A DNA stretch of 63,534 bases, filler included, from Octopus bimaculoides (taxonomy: Eukaryota): the NCBI RefSeq assembly GCF_001194135.2. It is 10 parts of 10 records of this genome, joined end to end, with 100 filler letters (N's around TTAATTAATTAA, not from the genome) between each part and the next. Parts side by side here need not be neighbours in the genome. Positions count along the whole stretch, not along the records: positions 21,679 to 28,157 come from NC_068984.1; positions 28,258 to 47,400 come from NC_068993.1; 8 more parts are not named here. The stretch is one strand, 5' to 3'. Below, in pieces: positions 26,410 through 38,580 of this stretch. Numbering within the stretch: position 1 is the first letter of the stretch; each line of letters begins with the position of its first letter. A program made the translations under genes and the position numbers. The notes under the pieces are model-generated. The model was not told the origin of the DNA, did no database searches, and worked only from the letters and a program-made list of their open reading frames with translations.

Positions 26410-26880
26410 CACAGTACTGCCCGACTGGCACCCGTGCCAGTGGAACGTTGAAAGCACCATCCGAGCGTGATTGTTGCCAGGGCTGCAGATTGGCTCCCAT
26501 GCTGGTGGCACATAAAGAACACCATTCGAGCGTGATCATTACCAGCATCGCCTTACCAGCATTCGTGCTGGTAGCATGTGAAAAACAACATTCGAGTGAG
26601 GTCGTTGCCTGTGCCACTGGACTGGCTCCTGTGCAGGTGGCACATAAAAAATACCATTTGAGCATGGCCGTCGCCAGTACCACCTGACTGGCCCTCGTGC
26701 CGGTGGCACGTAAAAGCACCCACTACACTCTCAGAGTGGTTGGCGTTAGGAAGGGCATCCAGCTGTAGAAACTCTGCCAAATCAGATTGGAGCCTGGTGC
26801 AGCCATCCAGTTCACCAGCCCCCTGTCAAATCGTCCAACCCATGCCAGCATGGAAAGCGGATGTTAAATGACGATGATTA
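26410..26880 (+). repeat. Modular RTE-tail-associated repeat with ~4 internal modules
   Basis: Same family as 25840-26152, with more modules. Confidence 0.9.
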
Positions 26881-27833
26881 TGTAAACTTACCAGTAACTA
26901 ATAGAAACATTAAATCTATTAAATAGGAACTAATAAAAGTATACTTGTAATTAATTATTATTATTATTATAAAACTTTGTTACGATTAAAGCTAAATTAA
27001 AGCTCTTTAAAAGATAATAAAACTACAAAGTATTAACGCTTAGATATTTCTTCAAACCGCATGGTTCATCACTTCTAGAACTTAAAAGATTATCTTAATA
27101 ACTATAGATGGTGTTGTCTCAAACAATATTGCTGGTATAGTAAGCAAATAACTTGAATCATGAACATTCCAAATCTTCACAAATAAGTTGAAGACTAGAT
27201 ACTATCCCATATCTATTTAAAATTTCAAGTCTCCCACCTTAACAGCAACTAAAAGTTTTAACCAGTTTACCATATCCTATACCCTTGTTTTATTAAATGT
27301 TTTAACAGTTTATATATTCTGTGCAAAAATTTATTAGCATTATTAATAATAGGAATATTTCTGACTATTTGCCCTGCAAATATATCATCATCATTTAAAG
27401 TCTATTGTCCATGCTGGCAAGGGTTGGGTGGTTTGACCAGGGCTGGTAAGCTGAGGGGCTGCACCAGACTCCAATCTGATTTGGCATGGTTTCTATGGCT
27501 GGATGCCCTTCTTAACACCAACCACTCTGAGAGTGTAATGGGTGCTTTTACGTGCCACCGGCACAGGATCCAGTTGTGTGACCCAAGTATCTGCCATGAC
27601 TACAATTTCACTTGGCTTGAAGGGTCTTCTGTCTTCTCAAGCACAGCCTATTGCCAAAGGTCTATCATTTGTCATTACCTCGTGAGGCCCAACACTCAAA
27701 AGATACTATGGATATTTCAATGTATATTTGTAACTTTGTGATGAAGAAACCTGCTGCTAATTCTGTTCTCTCTTAACACTGATGTATTATTACATGTATT
27801 TATACTTGTGTGTGTGTGTGTCTTGTTTTGCAG

Positions 27834-27897
27834 TAAAGCTGCATCCCCTCCGAATGTGAAGAAACTGAAAAATGAAGATGAACATGATAAGCTGTAA
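27834..27897 (+). CDS. HCFC1: Host cell factor 1, terminal coding exon
   Basis: tcttgttttgcag|T AAA GCT...CTG TAA. Phase 2 completes the ATT codon. Translates to (I)KAASPPNVKKLKNEDEHDKL*, with basic KKLK completing a bipartite NLS-like tail. Confidence 0.8.
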
Positions 27898-29417
27898 ACT
27901 CAGTCTATCCCTGATTAGCAGCTTTTTTTTACTTATCAGAAGAAATCTGGTCCTGGAATGATGGTCCGAAACTATTGGACAGGACTGTCTGCTACAAGAC
28001 TCTACATCTGTAGCTCAAACCAATCCATATTACAACTACAGACAAAGAAAGAAAAAAAAGGCAGATCCTCTTCCAGCAGCCCTCTTCCTCTTCTGCAATC
28101 TCTTTGTCATCTGTATTATCATCAACACCACCACTGTCACCACCATCATCACCATAANNNNNNNNNNNNNNNNNNNNNNNNNNNNNNNNNNNNNNNNNNN
28201 NTTAATTAATTAANNNNNNNNNNNNNNNNNNNNNNNNNNNNNNNNNNNNNNNNNNNNTATATATACTGCCTGACTGGCCTTTGTAGGGTTTTCGAGCGAG
28301 ATCGTTGCCAGTGCCCCTGGACTGGCTCTTGTGCGGGTGGCACATAAAAGACACCATTTCGAGCATGGCTGTTTTCGTGCCGGTGACACGTAAAAGCACC
28401 CACCACACTCTCTGAGTGGTTGGCGTTAGGAAGGGCATCCAGCTGTAGAAACTCTGCCAAATTAGATTGGAGCCTGGTGTTGCCATCCGGTTTCACCAGT
28501 CCTCAGTCAAATCGTCCAACCCATGCTAGCATGGAAGGCGGACGTTAAACAATGATGATGATGATGATGAATCATCAGATGAAACGTAATTTTATAAACA
28601 AAAGAATATCCCAAGAATACAGCAGGGACATGACTGAGGTCTGTCAAGGCTAGCTATGAAATGAGAGAATGACCAACAAAGTTGACCATTGTGGGCATTA
28701 GTGAGTGGGATTAGGTTAAGAATATAGTTTGTGAAAGGGTGTAATATGATATTTAAGGTCAGCAACTCAGGTGAAATAGGAGTCTGCTAGATTCTTTGGT
28801 AGGCTAGAGTGAGGTGTAGGTGATATTTTACTATAGTAGGCATAGAGCAGTAGGTAGCTGGGAGAGAACTGAAGATAAATTAAGGATAAAGAATAAAGAA
28901 AGCAAAAAGTAAAAGTGAAAGTGAAGAAAATAAATGCATTCATAAAGCCAATTACGCATAGGTTTGGGGTTTAGGATTTGTTAGCTAAAGCTAAAGAACA
29001 AAGGGAGGTGGGCAGGTACACAGAATTTAGGGGTATTCTGTGAATATAGGTTAAATGTTGGGTGGTGAGGGTACAAAGGCAACTGAATAATAAGATCTAA
29101 CTTTTAAGGAGTTGTAGTGTTAAGCACAATTGATTTATCTGGTAAAGTAGCGAGATGTCTGGGATTGTTTTTGTTGTGTGGATGCCCCCAGACGATAAGT
29201 GGGCTAGTCCAATACATAAAAATAGTGGACATGATAGCTAGACGAGAAGCGTTGTGTAGAGCAAGCCGGAGCCATCGGTAGACTAGACACAGAGTTCTGT
29301 TGAGCCGAGTCATTGGAAGTGAGAGTTCGGTAGTTGAGTAGAGGTACATTATTGGTGAAGGTACGCCATCCGAACGTGCAATATAACAGTGGTGACGAGG
29401 TTTCAAATAGTACTGAC

Positions 29418-31400
29418 ATGGAAGAGTTACTGAAAGCAGTTGTCAAACAGCAACAGCAGCAACTACAGAAGTTAAGAGAATTGTTACTGCAGGCGAGAAA
29501 TAGTACAGAATCATTTTCAGCAGATGGTGTTGCAAATTCCATCAAAGAATTTCACTACAATCCGGATAAAGGAACTACTTTTGCTGCATATTACAGACGA
29601 TACGAAGACATATTCCGAGGGGAATGCAAGGGATGGTCTAGTGAAAGGAAGGTAAGACTTCTTTTGTGAAAGCTTGCTACTCCGGAACATGAAAGTTTTT
29701 GTAACTTTATTTTGCTGAGAAAGCTCGCAGAATTGTGTTTTGATGAAACGATAAATATTTTGACTAATATTTTTAGCGAGAAAAGTTTGCAGTTTAACAT
29801 TCGGTGGGAATGTTTAAATTTAAAGAAAAATGAGTCTGACGATTTTGTAATATAAGCCTGTGTGGTTAACAAGGCTTGCAAAAGGTTTAAGCTGGAAGAA
29901 TTAACGCTATGTTCAAGTACCTAATATTCATTAAAGGGCTGGTGGCAATGGAAGACGCGGAAATTAGAAAAAGAATATTATCAAAGCTGAATCAAGATGT
30001 GAAACTCACTTTGCAGAAAGTGGCTGAGGAATGCCAAAAAATAATAAACCTTTGAAATGATACAAGAAAGATAGAAGACAAGAATAATAATGTACAAATG
30101 TGTAAAGAAAGTACAGATAGAAGAAAATATATCAATTCAAAACAGTGCTGTAGTTGCGAAGACCAACATTTGTGGAAAGATTGCCCCTTTAAAGATAAAG
30201 CATGTTTTAAGTGTGGTAAAATTGGGCATATACAGATGAAATGCCATTTGAAGAAAATTGTAAAACCAAAGAAAGTCTACTCAACAAAAGTAAATTATAC
30301 CATACAAGATCGAAAATTTGTGTTGGTAGAAATAAATGGTTTTCAAACCAAAATGCAATTAGATACCAGTTCAGATGTACTGATAATAAATACAGCAACA
30401 TGGAGTAAGATAGGCAGGCCAGTGTATAAAAAAACTACTAGGATAGCTCATGGTGTGTCAGGGGAACAAGTTCAATTCTTGGACGAAATCTCACCAGAAA
30501 TAAAACTTAAAAACAGGACGCGGAAAAGTAAACTAATGGTATCTAAGAATACAATGAATCTGTTCGAGGAAGAATTCGACCTGTGGGATCTACCACTGAA
30601 TACACTATGTAACAAGGTGAATGCGTCACAGTCCGTGTCAGAGAAAGCATCAGAAAAATTGAAATTAAAATTGAAAAAGATGTACCCTGATATTTTTACG
30701 AAAGAGCTCGGTATGTGTAAAAAAATCAAAGTAAAGTTTGAGTTGAAAGAAAACGTGGTGCCAGTGTTCAAACCAAAAAGGAATGTACCTTTTGTGGCGT
30801 TAAATCAAGTTGAGAAGGAATTTAAAAGATTGGAAGATATGGAGGTAAATGAAAAAGTAGACTACTCTGAGTGGGCGGCTCCTACTGTAGAGATAAAAAA
30901 GAAGAACAACGAAATAAGAGTTTGTGCAGACTTCTCAACTGGTCTTAATGATTGCTTAAAAGATTACAATTATCTGCTTCCAAACCCAGAAGAAATATTT
31001 GTTAAGTGCAATGGTGGGAAAATTTTTTCCAAGCTGGATTTGTCAGAGGCCTACCTCCAAGAATGTGCTAAAGTATTAACAATCAATACTCATAAAGGTC
31101 TCTACTGTTTCAAAAGACTGCCATTTGGGGGTTAAGGTCGCACCAGCAGTATTTCAGCAAGTGATGAATACTATGCTAGCAGATTGTGAGTTCGCGGTCC
31201 CATACTTGGATGACATCAACATATTGAACATACAGAAGAGGTTTTCAAATGAATAAGCAATTAGGGGTTTAAAGTAAGTGAGGATAAATGTGAATTTTTC
31301 TTGACAGAAATAAACTACTTAGGACAGGTGATCAATGAAAACGGACGAAAACCGGACCCTTCTAGGATCGATGTGATAAAAAAATGTCTGCTCCCACTAA
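29418..31400 (+). mobile_element. Degenerate Ty3/Gypsy LTR retrotransposon gag-pol fragment
   Basis: Gag-like FHYNPDKGTTFAAYYRRYEDIF; CCHC knuckle CFKCGKIGHIQMKC; protease LDTSS; RT motifs YSEWAAP, VCADFSTGLN, FSKLDLSEAY, RLPFG, then after a frameshift PYLDD (31203-31214). Several stops; no RNase H or integrase seen. Confidence 0.92.
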
Positions 31401-31404
31401 CAAA

Positions 31405-31960
31405 ACAACACTACCTAAGTAGCATCAGTTGTGGTGTGCAAGAGAGACGATTGTGCTGGTATGGTCATTTGGTGAGAATGGATGAGGATAGCTGTGTGAA
31501 AAAGTGGAACAGCGGTTGAGGGTACCTGTGGAAGAGGTAGACCCAGAAAGCATGATCATTGCCAGAGCAGCCGTCTGGCTTCTGTGCCAGTGGCACATAC
31601 ATAGCACAATTTGAGTGTGATCGTTACCAGCATCGCCTTACTGGCACTTGTGCCGGTGGCACGTGAAAAATACGTTCGAGTGAGGTCATTGCCAGTGCCG
31701 CTGGACTGGCTCCTGTGCAGGTGGCACGTAAAAAACACCATTTTGAGTGTGGTTGTTGCCAGTACTAGGCCTTGTGCCAGTGGCACATAAAAGCACCCAC
31801 TACACTCTCAGAGTGGTTGGCGTTAGGAAGGGCATCCAGCTGTAGAAACTCTGCCAAATCAGATTAGAGTCTGGTGCAGCCTTCTGGTTCGCCAGTCCTC
31901 ACTCAAATCATCCAACCAATGCTAGCATGGAAGGCGGACGTTAAACGATGATGATGATAT
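31405..31960 (+). mobile_element. RTE 3' fragment followed by modular repeat with (ATG)n tail
   Basis: ISCGVQERRLCWYGHLVRMDEDSCVKK, matching 42500-42640, followed by modular GCCAGT/ACTGGC units and the aggaagggcatccagctgtagaaac...ggacgttaaacgatgatg tail. Confidence 0.85.
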
Positions 31961-32119
31961 TTTCATACCTATACGATTTTAAAATTTGTAAGTTATGTAC
32001 AATAAAAAGGCAGATAAAAATTTGTAAATAACATACGATGAAAAGAATATATATTCTTCAGGATATATATAATATATATTGATATTTATATTAATAATAA
32101 TAATAAAATTATATATATA

Positions 32120-32163
<44 letters not shown>

Positions 32164-32184
32164 TACATTCATTCATATATATAT

Positions 32185-32555
32185 GTCGCAAGAGTAGCTG
32201 TGTGGTAAGTAGCTTGCTTACTAGCTGCATGGTTCCAGGTTCAGTCCCACTGCGTGGCACCTTCAGCAAGTGTCTTCTACGATAGACTCAGGCCTACCAA
32301 AGCCTTGTGAGTGGATTTGGTAGACAGAAACTGAAAGAAGCTCATCGTATGTGTGTGTGTATATATATGTATATGTTTGTGTGTCTGTGTTTGTCCCTCC
32401 CCACAATCACCTGACAACCAATGTTGGTGTGTTTATGTCCTCATAACTTAGTGGTTCAGCAAAAGAAACTGATAGAATAAGTGCTGGGCTTACAAAGAAT
32501 AATTCTTGGGGTCAATTTGTTCAACTAAAAGCATGACTGAAACAAATAAAAGGAA
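32185..32555 (+). mobile_element. Composite SINE, same family as 59303-59960, CpG-depleted copy
   Basis: Same head-microsatellite-tail order, with CpG sites mostly converted to TpG/CpA. Confidence 0.85.
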
Positions 32556-33019
32556 ATAATGAGAGAGGCGGCAATCCCTCATTGGTGGAATATTTAACAG
32601 TTGGTTTAGGAGTATCTGATGGTGGAGATATGTCTCTTCAGGTGATTACAAGATGTATCCTGTGAAAATAATGACCATTCCACAAGATATCAACTCGGTT
32701 TGTGTTTAGAAAAGCAGCAAATTAAAGGATACAGCTTCATTTTTATATAACAGATGCAAAAAGTAACAAATGCATAATACAGCGAAAATGTAATAAATAT
32801 AACCGTTAACAGATATGGATGTATAAATGCCCTTACTCAGGCTACATGTCACATTTACACTCACTTGTACAAACATCCACAAAGATATAAACATACACTC
32901 ACATAGTGGGTTAAATAGCTACTTATTGTTTATAAGAATAGGTGAGCTAGTGTTAAATTTAATTTGTCTTTAAGGTAAATTATGATTATTAATTTGGTTA
33001 ATGGTTACTCAAATTCCTT

Positions 33020-34150
33020 TCCACCTCATTGTACGAAAGTGCATTTATAAGCATGTAAGCATCTGGAGAGTCTTTCAGAAATTCGATTACTGGTCTTCTG
33101 ATTGGTCCACAAAATAGACAGATTCCTCGGAGCAGAGTGTGCATCTCCTGGAAAGGATATTATATGGTTGTGTGTACCTTATTATGAACCAAGTTAGATC
33201 ATATTTAATTTTATTGTCTTTAAATCACCACACAAAATTAGCCAAAGATATTGAATGCCTCTTGTTGATTTTCTTGAAGCTGGCAACACGGTAGTGATAA
33301 TTCTTGAATGAATCAGTCATTGCCCCAATGTAAACATATGGTCTTCCCCTTGTGTGTATGGTACATTTATATACAAGATTCATACTCTTAAAGAGGTTCA
33401 TCAATGGGCATTTTGATTTTTCTCTGCATGAGCATTTATTAGATTTAGTTGTATATGTGGCAGTTCTGATTTCATCTCCTGATGCTGTTACTTTGTATAT
33501 ATATATACTATTATTGCTACCATCATGATGTGGCTGCAGAGGGTGTTTTTCATTCTGTTTTATATCTCCTTTCTTGGTATTTTGATGTATATGTTTTCTG
33601 TTTTTAAATTATGTCAAGCAGGAAGTAGTTCACATGTCATAAGTTATAGTTCCAGTAGGTGGATTATTGAACAGTTGGTTCATTTTACTGTTATTAATGT
33701 ACAAATGTTGCTCTAATTTAATAGAATTAGCGTATGATAACTTCATTGTGCGTGTATTAAAAATAGCATGGTATCTATTTGATTTGGGGAAACATTGTCT
33801 AAAACGGCAGAAAATTCCATAGTAATCTTTGTTGAAACATTTGAACTATGATTGGTTTGTACTAGAGGACATCATGATTCTTATATTTGTTGTTCAGCTT
33901 ATTTGTTCTTGTTTGTTGTACAGGGTTGGGATTTAAATATTTAAATATTAATTGATAAATTGGAAGTTCATCATTTCCTTAATTTGGATCTGTTCAAAAA
34001 TCATTTTATGACTAATGTACAGAATCTTCCTTGTATGTTTTTTAATGTCATATTTAAGTACCACTGAATTTTCTAAGCAGTTCAGTGTTGCTGAATTATA
34101 GTCTAGACAATGAGTCATCATTGTGAACAGTGTCATATGTTTCACCTTTA
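33020..34150 (-). mobile_element. Degenerate Penelope-like retroelement (RT-EN linker plus GIY-YIG)
   Basis: Minus-strand translation gives ..CFPKSNRYHAIFNTRTMKLSYANS.. and KCSCREKSKCPL...NLVYKC...YVYIGA...FK...SFKK...SLANFVW*FKDNKIKYDLTWFI...YNILSRRCTLCSEE...SERLSRCLH, with stops and frameshifts. Confidence 0.85.
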
Positions 34151-34254
34151 AGTCTCATATTCTTGCTTATGAATATTAAGTTAAATACTCGCTAATGAGA
34201 TGCTGTTATATGTATAATAAATTTTAATGTTTTTAATTTTCAATATTTTGCAGA

Positions 34255-34513
34255 TCAAATAAAGAATACAGATTATTATATTCCTGATGGCGATCTCTTC
34301 AAGTTCATATCTTGTCCCCATTTTCTCATGGAAATACTTATTCATGTATCATTTAGCATGATGTCATATTTTTCTAATATACCTCTGTTATCTTTACTTT
34401 TATTTGTGATTACCAACCAATTAATTTCTGGTTTCTTGAACCATAGGTGGTATAAAAACATGGTACCATCCTATCCTCAAGAGAGAAGAGCAGTTATACC
34501 TTTTCTATTTTGA
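34255..34513 (+). CDS. SRD5A3: Polyprenol reductase (steroid 5-alpha-reductase 3 family), terminal coding exon
   Basis: tattttgcag|AT CAA... translates to xQIKNTDYYIPDGDLFKFISCPHFLMEILIHVSFSMMSYFSNIPLLSLLLFVITNQLISGFLNHRWYKNMVPSYPQERRAVIPFLF*. This matches the IPxGxxFxxxSxPxxxxE...HxxY...YPxxRxAxxPFLF C-terminus of SRD5A3/DFG10. Confidence 0.9.
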
Positions 34514-34588
34514 TATATTTTATACATTTTTATATACTTCATATCTTTGAAAACATTATGCTCAAAATTTCCTTTTGATTTGAAATAT

Positions 34589-34594
34589 AATAAA
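34589..34594 (+). terminator. Candidate polyadenylation signal of SRD5A3
   Basis: AATAAA ~75 nt after the stop codon. The context is AT-rich, so the evidence is weak. Confidence 0.4.
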
Positions 34595-37440
34595 ATTTAT
34601 TAAAATCTATGTATTACCTTTCATTTGTAATCATCATGAGAAGCTGAGCAACTCTATAGTATGCATGTCAACTCCAGTTTCTTAAATCTTATTACCATAC
34701 ATTTCTTTATGCAAACTAGATTTGCTGGTTAGTTAATATAGTTGACACTTCTCATTTGCAATATTTTCATTTATCTACAGTACACTAGTTCACAGTTCTT
34801 GCTATAGTGCATTAAATCATCTAAACTCCTACAGTTTTATGTCAGCTACCCCTGGAGGAAAATGTTTCAACTCTAACTCTCGAAGACAGCTAGGTAGATA
34901 ATGAATATAATCATTCTAGATATATCCCTTCACATCACTCACACAGACAAATCCCCAAAATTTCAAATCATTAAGTTGTTTACTCATAGGAGCATAGCAT
35001 ACAGCAGTAAGAGTGTTGCCTAAAATCAGTTGTAAATCAAATCACCACAAACTGGGAGGTTTTTACCTTCCACCATAATACTTGGAAAAGTACTGTCAGA
35101 GAAGCAGAGGCTATCTTTGGGTATCACACAACTTATTTGTTCTCTAATCTTTTAAATTGTTGTCTGAACTTCTAATTTCTTGCCACTAGGCTATACATCA
35201 TATTTGCATATTTCTCTGTTAGCAGCACTGCTACTGAAAGGCACTTTCACATTTGTTGCAACAAAGTATACTCAATTCAATATAGAAAAGGTTTCTGCCC
35301 CTGCATTAAACATGAAAACATCCTAAGGCTAGGCAGTAGTGTTTAACCAAGCCTATTACTCCAAAGTTGTCCCCATCTAAGAAAAGGACCAAGCTGTTAT
35401 ACTACAACACTAACAGTAGAGAAGTTTTACTAGATGTTTTTTTGCCCTACAGCGGTTGTTTGTAGTGACCACAGTGCCTAGATAGGCTTTCTTTGCTGAT
35501 TCTGTAGGAAACACTTCCCTCCTCAGATGCTCATCTGATTTTTGATTGCAAGTTTGCAAGTCTTATCAGAAGAGCAAGTGTTCACAGAGAGGAAGACCAA
35601 GAAGAAAGAAAACAGTGAAAAAATAGAAGAGATGGAGTAAATAGTTTAAAAAGATATAGTAAATGAAAAAAAAGATAAATCTTAATAAAGATGCATATAG
35701 GTTGTGAATGGGTCAGAAGTTTATCAGACTAAAAAGTTACTGATAAAACTGGTGAGTGATACATGAGCTTTCAAGTTAGGCCTGATTGATTAGAGCTGTA
35801 GCAGAGCTACATAACTTAGGCATAGTAATATGTGAGTTAACCTGCACAGCAGACACATATATCAATGAGGTAGCTAGCCTTGTTCTAAGCTACATTGTAG
35901 AAATGGTTTGGTCAAAGACACATGTCTTCACTGCAGTTCCGTGCACAATCTCTCACATGTCTATTCACCTCGACACAAGATATATGGTTTGTAAACAAAG
36001 ATATTTTAACACACACACATTCTCAAAATGACTGTTCTCATTACACACATGCATACATACTGTAATACAAATATTATATGTTACTTCTTTCAGTGCAAAA
36101 TCAAAAATCAAAGCTTTCTTTATATGTAAACACATGTTTTTGTATCATACCACATGCTTCCACCACAAAAGGTGAACACAGAATAATATATCTATACACA
36201 AAAATGTCTTATGGTAATTCATGGTAACTGTTTTTCTATTTAATAACAAGCACTTGAACAGCCAACAACAGCCGCTATAGAGCCATTATCAAAAGCATTC
36301 CAGCTATGACTATCCTGCTTTTTGTATGACCAATACCTTATCCACTTCCAGCATGGTTAGTATGGTTTCAGAAGATTTGACTGTTTATGATAATAGGTTG
36401 AGTGATAGCATAATAGTTTGCATGTTAGCTCATAATAAGCTATCATGTTAAAAGAATTTTAACTATCACTTAGCTCATAACAAAGTCTTAACTCATAGTA
36501 GTTTTAAGGAAAGGTTGAATTTTATCAACTGTGCATCTAGAATTAGGAAGAATAGTTATATGCACATTATTTGGTACAACCCACTATTTAATACGAAAGT
36601 GCAAAAGACCTATTGCTAAAAATCTATGATAAGATTTTTAATGGGAGTAATATTTGACTATTTTATTCCACAACTCCTAACCTTGTGCAAAATATTATAT
36701 CTTCAAATGAACCTAAACGTATAAGTAACAATAATAATTGCACTAATTATGATGATGGTGATGATAGCTATAATAAAAATTGTAATTGTCCCTTAGATGA
36801 GAATTACCTAATTAATGACAGTATATAACTGTAAGGTTAATAAGTCTACCATGTAAAACTTATTTAGGTTTAGCAGTCAATGTATTGAATGATTGATATC
36901 TCACACAAAGCCATTCATTTTGAAACCGGGCTAGAAGGGATATGACATTACTTTCAGAGTGTTTAGGATAAAAAGATCTAGTACAATATCTAATGGAAGA
37001 TTTCACAAAAGGCCAAATCTAATGAAAAGCCTTTTAATTTATATGCTACAGATGCAAAGGACATCCTTTTTGCTAAGGATTCTTGAAGAGAAATTCTGAA
37101 TTCATTTCAAGAGGTAAGCATAAGAGTTACACAACACACACATATTAGTCCAAGTATGTATCCAAATAGATGATAATGTTTTACATTTCCCTTACATTCT
37201 GTAGTAACTGGGACCATGAAGTCTAAACTTGAGTTGTTTTTATGCCTAAAATTTTGTACATTGATATTCATAAAAATTATGTTTTTATAATATAAATATG
37301 CATCTATGAAAGCTTTTATATTAGCTTCTATGTATATGAATGTTTGAGTTTACATGTAAATATTGTGAATTTATGAACACAAACATAAATGTGTGCATGT
37401 ATGTGTACATATATGCATGGAGAACACATTAGTGTAGTAA

Positions 37441-37479
<39 letters not shown>

Positions 37480-37559
37480 CACAAGTATACAAATATACCT
37501 ATGTAGATGTATAGTTATGGTTGTATATCAACCTGATAAAAGCCTTTGACAGATTCCCT

Positions 37560-38580
37560 TGTTATCTGGTTGCCTCTAAGGAAGTTAGGAGTAGATGAGT
37601 AACTTACTAGAGTTGTACAAGCTCAGTTCTTAGCCCACTCTTATTCATCATAGTCTTCCAGGCCATAACAGAGGAATTTAAAACTGGCTGATTACTTTGT
37701 TCTTATTGTATAATCTGTAGCAGAATTGGAGAAGAAATTCCTGGTATGGAAATAAAATGTGGAATCAAACAGCTTTAAAATTAATCTAGCAAAAGCTAAA
37801 ATTGTTGTTAGCAGAAAGCAAATAAAATTTTCTGCCTGGTAAATGACCCTGCTCAATATGTAGAAAAGGTGTTGGAAGAAATTCCATTCATTGCACCCAG
37901 TGTAAGCTATGAACATGTCAGAGGTGCAATGTAATGGCATAGATTAACAGAGAAAGTTGTTTTTGTATGTGGCAGGTGCGTGTGAACAATAAGCACTAAG
38001 GACACATGAGAATTAGACTCTTTCAAATGCCCAGGAGGCTCTTTTGAGGTTATAGATAGCTTTTGTTATCTAGGTGACCAAATTATCATTGGTGGAGGAT
38101 GTTCTGAAAGTATTATTGCTAGGATGAAGGAATTTCAGAGAGCTGTTACCTCTGTCAGCAATAAAAGGACTCTCTCTCAGAGTAAAAGGCAGATTATATA
38201 ATGCTTGTGTATGAATGGCTATACTCCTTGGTAGTGAGACATGGGCTCTTAATACAGTGGATTTGCATAGACTAGAGAAGAATGAAGGCAGTGTGCTCCA
38301 ATGGATATGCAAAATCAGTGTGTATGCATGACAAGGTGTAAATGCACTGAGAGAAAAGTTGAGCATAAGAGGAGTCAGATGCAGCATACAAAAGTGAAGA
38401 TTATACTGGTTTGGACACATGATGTATGTGGATGAAGACAGCTGTACAAAGAAGTGCTGATCATTTAAAGTGGATGAAGAAGAGGGAAACTTAGGAAAAT
38501 TTGAAATGAAGTAGTGAGGACTGACCTCAGGATGCTGGGCCTCATGGCAGAGATGACAATGATGCAAGGTGTCTAGCAAT
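37560..38580 (+). mobile_element. Older degenerate RTE LINE 3' fragment
   Basis: Similar by eye to 41960-42720 (e.g. agaaaaggtgttggaagaaattcc, cacccagtgtaagctatg, gagagaaaagttg...ataagagg). Confidence 0.75.

Noticed and set aside
26410-26720. Modular repeat as a CRISPR-like array
   Set aside because: Eukaryotic context; the units are diverged paralogous modules without unique spacers and are part of a dispersed retroelement tail.
32600-32650. Minus-strand CTGAAGA-gacatatctc just 3' of the 33-kb Penelope remnant
   Set aside because: No GAAA follows the putative stem II.
33525-33716. Hydrophobic plus-strand ORF as a possible upstream SRD5A3 exon
   Set aside because: It is the antisense of the Penelope remnant, with no SRD5A3 motif.
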